Under the pieces are notes generated by a model that saw only the letters and a program-made list of their open reading frames with translations, was not told the DNA's origin and ran no database searches. Source: Segatella copri (GTDB lineage: Bacteria; Bacillota; Negativicutes; Acidaminococcales; Acidaminococcaceae). Taken from it: a stretch of 64,000 nt of DNA. A program made the position numbers and the translations under genes. The stretch covers positions 40,533 through 104,532 of the forward strand of contig CAVBQX010000001.1 in NCBI GenBank assembly GCA_963597755.1, written 5' to 3'. Of this stretch, positions 57,901-64,000 are shown piece after piece (the stretch's first letter is position 1; every line of letters starts with the position of its first letter).

Positions 57901-59222
57901 TTGTCAACCGTCAGGCCCTTATTATTATAGCTACCATCAAATGCCAAGCGGTTCAGCTGCAGGCTGCGCCATTTTACATCCATGGTATCTGCTGCAGCAT
58001 GCAGCGCTACTTTATCATCCAAAAGCTTGGCCAAAACCGCCAGCTTACCATTGACATGCACACTATCAGCAGTTTCACCAGGCAGCTGCTGCGTTACGTT
58101 CTTCAACTCAGCGTCTGCTGTCAACGTCTTACCTTTGATTTCATAGCTGCCGTTAGCAGCAATTTTGCCACCACCATAGTCTGCGCTTACATCACGCAAC
58201 TGCACAGCATCCTTGTTTACACTAAATGGCAGACGCAGGTTCTGCACACTATAATTATCGTATTCCAGCTTCTTCGCCGTCAGCACGCCCAGTCCTGTAG
58301 GTGCATCCTCATCACGCAAATCTGCTTCACCCTCAAGATGCAGCTGCTGATTATCAATTTTGGCATCTAACGAGCTGATACTTACAAGATTATCATCCGC
58401 ACGCACCAGGCCGTCAAGCTGCAGGCTGTGCTCCGCTCCTGCCAAGGTCACCTTACCGCTTAAAGCCGTAATTTCAGTTTCGCCACTAAAGCGCTGCTGA
58501 TTATCTTTATTGACATATAAAACTGTCACTTTGCCCAAGCCGCCCTGTAGCTCCTCAACACAGGCATACCTCTTAGCCAAGGCCGCATAAGCTGTTAAAT
58601 CCAGCTTATCTCCGGTCAGCTTAAGACGACCTTCACCCTTGGTCGTCATCTGACCTGCCAGCTTCAGCTTATCCTCACCACTTGTCAAAGCCAAATCAAC
58701 TGCAAAATCAGGATTGGCACCACCATTGACGTTACCATCAACGCCAAAGCTCCACTGTCCCTGCGGCATTTGCACCACCAGCTGCGCATCTGTAAGTGCC
58801 AGAGTCCCATAAAACGGTGTTTCATCAGAATCGGATGGCTTAAGTAAATTTTGCATATTCCATTTGTCTTCGGTATCCATAGACAAATATACCTTAGGAC
58901 GCACCAGCTCTACCCTGCTCAAGGCACGTGCCGGCTTCTCCAGCGCCAGCCACGGCCGCAGCGTCACCAGCGTACGTGGCAACTCTGCCACCTTACCGCC
59001 TTTAGCATCCTTAACGGTTACATCCGTAATTTCCGCCGTCAGACCACCATTCCATGTGAGCCCACCAATTGACACACTGCCGTTAAGATAACCTGCAGCA
59101 AGCTGTTCTGCCTGCGGCAGCATTTGCTTAATATAATGCGGCATCACCGTATACACTAAAAATATGTAGCCTGCAGCAAGCAGGACAAATAAAGAACCAA
59201 GAAAACGTAGATATTTTTTCAT
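54930..59222 (-). CDS. tamB: TamB/AsmA-like trans-envelope protein
   Basis: 1430 aa, N-terminal TM, repeated G.L..P...G motifs, LTSDPPL, C-terminal strands ending in F. Confidence 0.9.
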   Translation of the reverse strand: MKKYLRFLGSLFVLLAAGYIFLVYTVMPHYIKQMLPQAEQLAAGYLNGSVSIGGLTWNGGLTAEITDVTVKDAKGGKVAELPRTLVTLRPWLALEKPARALSRVELVRPKVYLSMDTEDKWNMQNLLKPSDSDETPFYGTLALTDAQLVVQMPQGQWSFGVDGNVNGGANPDFAVDLALTSGEDKLKLAGQMTTKGEGRLKLTGDKLDLTAYAALAKRYACVEELQGGLGKVTVLYVNKDNQQRFSGETEITALSGKVTLAGAEHSLQLDGLVRADDNLVSISSLDAKIDNQQLHLEGEADLRDEDAPTGLGVLTAKKLEYDNYSVQNLRLPFSVNKDAVQLRDVSADYGGGKIAANGSYEIKGKTLTADAELKNVTQQLPGETADSVHVNGKLAVLAKLLDDKVALHAAADTMDVKWRSLQLNRLAFDGSYNNKGLTVDNFSVFAAENGTLAAKGTVGTDGSLKLKGRMADFPIDPLLDVAGQEGSGLCSTGFTVGGTLDAPEFSGMVQLTKVQYLSQKLNEAHGLISLKNNVLSFKDFIANMDQGRHILNGTLNLQGAEPVADLTLETSGVRIEPLMALVGQADMVTGNMDNVVTLRGTLSHPSVSGEIHASDGSAAKQLFNEINGRYTYDDGLLRLENFVVDAFYGRLTLDGTMTADSKLNFVMDAKNVDLAHLPLNDDTVLLTGKINAKGHVSGTLTAPYFDGDVSSDKITVNGEALTELQGTLASNGRDVNKLNASFKQPYRDDPINYGLYSADVNINLTERYVEGKVENIWGDIGGLLRMARMDYDINGQMQGQLHFSYNGRGNGVKITASADDVKIHDLNYAHMKFEGSIDKGGVLHFDNVRLQEQDGVEDKGIIAVDGWVDMVKKQLELELAAVKANPAIVTAVMKNPPEIKGETDMLVQVKGSFANPEGTASLEITNGSVAGVSMDSLTALLSLSDDNIKLQQLIATKDAYGVSASGDIPLDLFRSKAERRNPNAQMNIVMDLDKARLGILPALTKMVEWGVGDTQGKVRLAGTLEEPLLFGSIQIAGGSVKIKNVSTVLDDINLDVLFNGNTVQLKNLSTKLGKGTFSADGSYALHTGLDTAYSLHLKADKAQIASQLFTGTITSELTITPEKYRDMRKAKGNTPPPEEYRPQIKGSVRLDDVLVNMPTIPEMGEGESNIGMDLKLELGPKIHLYNSYLYDIWLKGAIDIKGSTLFPVIDGTIKADKGTVKYLRTDFKINKAGLVWVDLGTFLPNVNLESTARFSRYNIFMKINGPVSDSMELQLTSDPPLERNTIVRMLTLQRESAGSNEVTSDDMANLMTVGLQMTVLGDVEMFIKQTLGLDQFRIYTGKTRSGIGFESAHDRNRELTADEKNQYNVLVSKYLNNNFMLGYTTSFDAVDRSIFGQYDISKHMNLTYSRSYDLSKDPKDWYGLEYKISF

Positions 59223-59358
59223 TACACTTCACCATTCACCAGCTTAGCAAAAAAATATGACAAAGCTGTGTCAAAATTTATAACACGAAAATAAAAACAC
59301 CTAGACCTATATTCTTTCGACACAGATGCAATTCTTCCTCTATTTTTTTCATGTATAC

Positions 59359-59428
59359 AAAAAAGCCGCCGCACTTACAATGATTTTCCGCATACTGCGA
59401 TAAAACCATAGTGTTGTGCGACAGCCTT
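59359..59428 (-). terminator. Long-loop hairpin terminator after tolC
   Basis: AGCCGCCGCAC...GTGCGACAGCCT imperfect arms with a U-tract on the minus strand. Confidence 0.4.
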
Positions 59429-59457
59429 TATTGTAGACTTACATATTTAATTTAACC

Positions 59458-60900
59458 TTATTTTGCTTCTTCGCCTGCAGCTTTCTCTGCCGCAGCCTTT
59501 TTAGCTGCTTTTTCTGCTGCCTTAGCGGCTTGTACTTTCACCTGCACCGGGTTAGCCATCGGTACGCCGATAGAGGTTTCCAGATTGGTCTTAGATGTGT
59601 TGTAATCATACAGTGCCTGAGTATAGTTAGTCTTTGCCTGAGTCAATGCAACCTGCGCATCCAACACGTCGGTATTCGTGCCTACGCCGTTCATGTAGCG
59701 CAATTGGGCGATACGGTAATCCTCATCTGCCTGCTCAACAGCCAGCTCCGTAGTCTTAATGCGTTTTTCTGCCTCACGCAGGCTCAGGTAGTTAGTGCGG
59801 ACATCAAGGTTTACAACATCAACCGTGTCACGATAGGTTTCTTCAGCCTTTTTCAAATCAGCCTCTGCACCGTGAATTTTGGACAGGGTAACACCGCTAT
59901 CAAAAATATTCATGCTAACGTTAACACCAACGCCCCAGTTGCCGTTTTCATCACCAGGCCAGTTTTTATCAGACCATTGCTGTGTAGCACTGGCGCTTAC
60001 CTGCGGCATATGTCCAGCTTTGGCAATCTTCAGCGCACCCTTGTAGGCTTTAACGTTCTGCTCCGCCTGCTCCAGCTCCGGGCGATGCAAAGCAGCATAA
60101 ACAAGGCAATCTTCCATAGTCTTGTCATAAGCGTTATATACCAAAAGATCATCCAGCTGCAAAGTGGTACCCATCGGCAGGCCGATGATTTTGTTCATGT
60201 TGGCCTCAGCCACCTGGTAGCTGTTTTCTGCCTGAATCAAGCTTTGCTGTGCATCAGCCAGCTCTACCTGGGAGCGCAGCAAATCAACCTTAGCCACTAC
60301 GCCAACATCATATTGTGCCTGTACGTTCTTCAAATGATCTGCCAAACGTGTAACAGACTCATCACTCAGCTTACGCAGGTTGTCCTTTTGCAGCATATTA
60401 AAATATGCATTAGTGACAGTGCTACGCATTTCATTATAGGTGCGCTGCACACCAATCAGGTTGTACTTATAGTTAGCGCGGGCCTGTTCAACCTGTCCCT
60501 GCAGCCTACCACCAGTAAAAATAGGCAGAGAAGCAGTCAAGCCATTGGCATGGTTATTACCAATGCCCTTTGTCCATAAGCCTGTAGTGCTCTGGTGGTA
60601 ATCATCATAACCACTGCGCTGGGTCTGATGCGTACCGGTAATGCTGATACCACGGCTTTCACGGGCAGCATTATAGCTGGCACGGGCACTGTCAAGCTCG
60701 TACTTGGCAATGCTTACAGTCGGATTGGTGGCAAAAGCACGCTCCATAGCATGGTCAAGATTTAATTTTACAGCTTCGCCGGCAAGGGAATGCTCCATGT
60801 CCTCGTCTACAGTGTTAACAGCAAAGGCACTTTGTGCAAATGCCATAGTTAATGCCGCACCCAGCAGCAAAAGGCGTTTACTAAATTTATAATTAGTCAT
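59458..60900 (-). CDS. tolC: TolC-family outer-membrane channel
   Basis: Two OEP repeats (PIFTGG...V..AYF; IFDSG...Y.NG.GT..DVLDAQ). Confidence 0.92.
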   Translation of the reverse strand: MTNYKFSKRLLLLGAALTMAFAQSAFAVNTVDEDMEHSLAGEAVKLNLDHAMERAFATNPTVSIAKYELDSARASYNAARESRGISITGTHQTQRSGYDDYHQSTTGLWTKGIGNNHANGLTASLPIFTGGRLQGQVEQARANYKYNLIGVQRTYNEMRSTVTNAYFNMLQKDNLRKLSDESVTRLADHLKNVQAQYDVGVVAKVDLLRSQVELADAQQSLIQAENSYQVAEANMNKIIGLPMGTTLQLDDLLVYNAYDKTMEDCLVYAALHRPELEQAEQNVKAYKGALKIAKAGHMPQVSASATQQWSDKNWPGDENGNWGVGVNVSMNIFDSGVTLSKIHGAEADLKKAEETYRDTVDVVNLDVRTNYLSLREAEKRIKTTELAVEQADEDYRIAQLRYMNGVGTNTDVLDAQVALTQAKTNYTQALYDYNTSKTNLETSIGVPMANPVQVKVQAAKAAEKAAKKAAAEKAAGEEAK

Positions 60901-60918
60901 CGGGAAACCTCCATTTCG

Positions 60919-60936
60919 TAACTGACTAGTCAGTCA
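60919..60936. promoter_or_regulatory. Palindromic operator candidate
   Basis: Perfect 14-bp palindrome ACTGACTAGTCAGT between the -10 and the RBS. Confidence 0.6.
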
Positions 60937-60944
60937 GTAATAAA

Positions 60945-60973
60945 ATTATATATATATTTTAGAGCAATGTCAA
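60945..60973 (-). promoter_or_regulatory. Consensus sigmaA promoter for tolC
   Basis: TTGACA-17 bp-TATAAT, exact consensus. Confidence 0.8.
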
Positions 60974-60989
60974 CACTTTCTAACTTTAT

Positions 60990-62258
60990 TTAGAAGTAAG
61001 TTTTTACACCCATATAGGTATTACTCTTGTTTCCACGCACATCCATGGTTTCGCCGTATATCGAAAAGCTATCTGTCAAACGTAGCTCTCCACCTAGACG
61101 CACCTTGGTGTCATCAAAATCATATACCTGTGAATAAAGCTTAAAATCCTTACTCAAATCGTAGCTTAGGCCCACACCGAAATCGCCCTGCATCGCGCCC
61201 ATGCTCACAGCGGCGTTTCCCAGCTGCCTGCCCACGATAAAATCAAACTTATTGGCGTTACCAATATCATAACCACCCATGTAAAGAAAGGCCTCATCAC
61301 TCGGATGTAGCGTCACACCCAAGCTGCTGCGCCAATCGCCGCCCTTGGCAGCATAGCCTGCATCTGCCGATATCTTAGCCTCTGTCAGCGTCCCTAAAAT
61401 TTTGTTGGCGCGCTCGCTGGTTTCCTTAACATTCACCAAGGTTTCCTTGAGTGACTGTTGTGTTACCGGATCCTTAGCTACGGCCTCCAGCACTGAAACG
61501 ATATTTTCCATACGCTTGCTGGTGTCTGCCATGTTCTGTGCAATCGCAGCTACATTTTTGCCTGTCTGGCCATTATTATCCACGCCATTCATGATACTCT
61601 CAATGTGCGCGGCCGTACCATTCATACGCTGGCTCAGCTCATTAATCTGGTGGATCATTGATGTAATATCCTGCTGGTTAGCTACTGCCACTTCTGCCAT
61701 TACCTTAGTAAAGGTATTCATGTTTTCGGCAATGTCATTCATATTTTTAAAACCAGCCTTCATGGATTGCTGCACCTCTTTGTCGCCAAAGACATTTTCA
61801 AAGGCGCTGGCAATGTTTTCCATGCGCTTCACCAAATCGCCGGACGAAGCAAAGAACTCATCCATGCCACCGCCGGCCGCACCCTGCACAGTGCTGCCCT
61901 CCGGCACATATCCCTGTCCTGGCTTAGCAGGCGGAATAACGCTGACAAACTTTTCACCCATAATACCATCAGAGGAAATTGTAAACACAGCTCCCTGCGG
62001 AATTTTTATATCATCGTTAATTTCTGCAATAACCTCTACCTTATCCGGTGCAACATTTATTTTTTTCACCGTACCCACCTGCACGCCGGCATAACGCACA
62101 ACATGTCCGGGCATCAAGCCACTAACCTGAGGGTAATTTATATGCAGCTCGTAACCCTTTTTACCAAAGGAAAAGGCTCCCATAAAAGTGATGATGCCGG
62201 CAAGTACTACAGCGCCACCCAATGCAAAAGCGCCAACTTTCACCTCACTGCTGCTCAT
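60990..62258 (-). CDS. mlaD: Long MlaD/MCE protein
   Basis: EVKVG TM, GL..G..V..AGV.VG.V and GIMGEKFV MCE motifs; helical middle; beta-rich end with terminal F. Confidence 0.9.
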   Translation of the reverse strand: MSSSEVKVGAFALGGAVVLAGIITFMGAFSFGKKGYELHINYPQVSGLMPGHVVRYAGVQVGTVKKINVAPDKVEVIAEINDDIKIPQGAVFTISSDGIMGEKFVSVIPPAKPGQGYVPEGSTVQGAAGGGMDEFFASSGDLVKRMENIASAFENVFGDKEVQQSMKAGFKNMNDIAENMNTFTKVMAEVAVANQQDITSMIHQINELSQRMNGTAAHIESIMNGVDNNGQTGKNVAAIAQNMADTSKRMENIVSVLEAVAKDPVTQQSLKETLVNVKETSERANKILGTLTEAKISADAGYAAKGGDWRSSLGVTLHPSDEAFLYMGGYDIGNANKFDFIVGRQLGNAAVSMGAMQGDFGVGLSYDLSKDFKLYSQVYDFDDTKVRLGGELRLTDSFSIYGETMDVRGNKSNTYMGVKTYF

Positions 62259-63018
62259 CTTTGTCCTCCTCTTTTAATTCCAGGCCGTTAACAAAGGCAT
62301 GCACGACCGGATTAGTACTGTTTTTGATCTCAGCCACCGTGCCGATTTGCACGATGCGCCCATTATATAGCATTGCGATACGGTCAGCCGCATAATACGC
62401 AGATTCCATATCATGTGTTACCAAAAGCGATGTCACGCCCAATGCCTGTTGGGTTTTACGTATCAGTCTGCTGATGGTCATAGTCATCACCGGGTCCAAC
62501 CCCGATGTCGGTTCATCATAAAACACCATCTCCGGCTGCATGGCCAGCGCCCGCGCCAGCCCGACGCGTTTTTTCATACCACCCGAAAGCTCTGAGGGCA
62601 ACATTTGCTGCGTGCCGGGCATGCCCACCATGTCCAGCAGCTCGCTCACACGTTCCCGGATCTGCTCATCGCTCAGTTTAAAATATCGCTTCAAGCCAAA
62701 GGCAATATTTCCACCGACATCCCAAAAGTCAAACAGTGCAGAATACTGAAACACTACACCCATACGCTGACGCAGTACATCCCATTGATCCTCAGCCAGT
62801 CGGCTAACCTCCTGCCCTTCAATCTCTATACTACCTGCAGTCGGCGCCAAGAGCCCTGTCAATAGCTTTATTACTGTGCTTTTACCACTGCCGGACGGGC
62901 CGATAACTGCCAGTGTTTCGCCACGGTGCACATCAAGGTTAAGCTCACGTAGTACTACTTTACTGCCAAAGGCTACCTTAACATTGCGAAGCTGAATCAT
63001 TGCATCATCTGTCATCAT
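62245..63018 (-). CDS. mlaF: MlaF-type ABC ATPase
   Basis: GPSGSGKST, FQYSALFD, LSGGMKKRVGLARA, YDEPTSGLDP. Confidence 0.93.
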   Translation of the reverse strand: MMTDDAMIQLRNVKVAFGSKVVLRELNLDVHRGETLAVIGPSGSGKSTVIKLLTGLLAPTAGSIEIEGQEVSRLAEDQWDVLRQRMGVVFQYSALFDFWDVGGNIAFGLKRYFKLSDEQIRERVSELLDMVGMPGTQQMLPSELSGGMKKRVGLARALAMQPEMVFYDEPTSGLDPVMTMTISRLIRKTQQALGVTSLLVTHDMESAYYAADRIAMLYNGRIVQIGTVAEIKNSTNPVVHAFVNGLELKEEDKDEQQ

Positions 63019-63027
63019 TACAGCTCC

Positions 63028-63798
63028 TTACACATACAAAATTATCGACAAAAAATAATTAGTGATAAACACTAAAATTATCGAAAGCACAACCGATGCT
63101 GTTGTCGCCAGACCTACACCCTCCGCACCATTAGGCGCATTAAGTCCCTTATAGCAACCGACTATGGCAATAATAGCACCAAAGACGCAGCTTTTCACCA
63201 TGCCACCAAACACATCATAAAAATCCGCCAATGTCTTAATGGAATTTTCGTAAGTAAAGCTGCCGATACCGGCATAATAGTGCGCCACAATCCAGCCGCC
63301 TACGTTACCGATAAAGTTAGCAAACACTACAAGCAGCGGCATCATCAACACCAGTGCGATAAAGCGTGGCACAACCAAGTAGCTTACAGGGTTAGCTGCC
63401 ATAACTCTCAGTGCATCAATCTGCTCAGTAACCTTCATCGTACCCAGCTCTGCCGCAATAGCAGCACCAATGCGTCCCGCAACTACAACGCCTGTAAGCA
63501 CAGGCACCAGCTCGCGTGCCATAGCAATTGCTACAATGCCGCCTACGGATGAAGCAGCACCCAAACGCACAAACTCCTTAGCTGTCTGCACAGAAAATAC
63601 CATGCCCGTGCAGAGAATTGTCATCATCACTATCGGCAGCGAATCTGCTCCCAAAAGTGCCATCTGGCGGATAACCTCCTTAAGGTCTGCATCCTTCAGG
63701 CGGCGCACCGTTGCCACAAGCAGCAGTGTCATCCTACCACTGACAGCACAAAAGGCCAATATATTTTTGCCCATTGTTTTACAAATTGATTTAAACAT
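63028..63798 (-). CDS. mlaE: MlaE-type ABC permease
   Basis: REL.PVL, AGRIGAAIAAELGTMKVTEQIDAL, GAEGVG.ATT..VV. Confidence 0.94.
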   Translation of the reverse strand: MFKSICKTMGKNILAFCAVSGRMTLLLVATVRRLKDADLKEVIRQMALLGADSLPIVMMTILCTGMVFSVQTAKEFVRLGAASSVGGIVAIAMARELVPVLTGVVVAGRIGAAIAAELGTMKVTEQIDALRVMAANPVSYLVVPRFIALVLMMPLLVVFANFIGNVGGWIVAHYYAGIGSFTYENSIKTLADFYDVFGGMVKSCVFGAIIAIVGCYKGLNAPNGAEGVGLATTASVVLSIILVFITNYFLSIILYV

Positions 63799-63889
63799 AA
63801 TCTTACCTATAATAGTTTTCTTTATTGTAACTCTCAATTATGACAAATATATGACAACAGCAAACGTCTTATCCCTTAATGGCAAGCTG

Positions 63890-64000
63890 TTATTTTTCCA
63901 CAGTCAAAACCAGCTCAGTTTCGCCATCAATAATAAAATCAAAGGGATATTTCTGTTTGAACGGCGAGCCCTGTAAAAGACCGGCCAGGCCGGCATCATT
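63890..64000 (-). CDS. C-terminal end of an upstream gene (identity not determinable)
   Basis: Open frame NDAGLAGLLQGSPFKQKYPFDFIIDGETELVLTVEK* running in from the window edge. Confidence 0.5.
   Translation of the reverse strand, partial: NDAGLAGLLQGSPFKQKYPFDFIIDGETELVLTVEK

Overview
This 64 kb window looks like chromosomal DNA from a diderm Firmicute (Negativicutes; an Acidaminococcaceae/Phascolarctobacterium-like identity is inferred from gene content only). Most genes are on the minus strand. Left (1-6.4 kb): the conserved yabM-mazG-hup-divIC-S1-tilS-hpt-ftsH housekeeping block, without the sporulation genes usually interleaved in spore formers. Middle (6.5-28.6 kb): adenine uptake and deamination, map, dedA, threonine aldolase, AlaX, an ABC importer, a DhaK homologue missing both catalytic histidines, an M23 peptidase with a 99-bp tandem repeat, tRNA-Ala(GGC), a DhaR-like AAA+ activator without the GAFTGA loop, NlpC/P60, radical SAM, a Y-family polymerase with a 59-aa partner absent from the ORF track, and tRNA-Ser(UGA). 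Right (28.6-64 kb): the known Negativicutes outer-membrane cluster (mlaEFD, tolC, tamB, a sigma factor, bamA, three skp/ompH, lpxDCABI, fabZ, msbA, a waaA-lpxK fusion, kdsBADC, lptCAB-F/G, DUF3084). I found no CRISPR array, integrase or transposase. The best leads are: a ~210-nt rod-like inverted-repeat element between skp genes; a pseudo-DhaK plus DhaR-like regulator pair; shared OmpR/PhoB-type direct repeats upstream of mlaE and tamB; a palindromic operator at the tolC promoter; and a sigma factor followed by a possible anti-sigma inside the OM cluster. All calls come from reading motifs by eye; no database searches were run.
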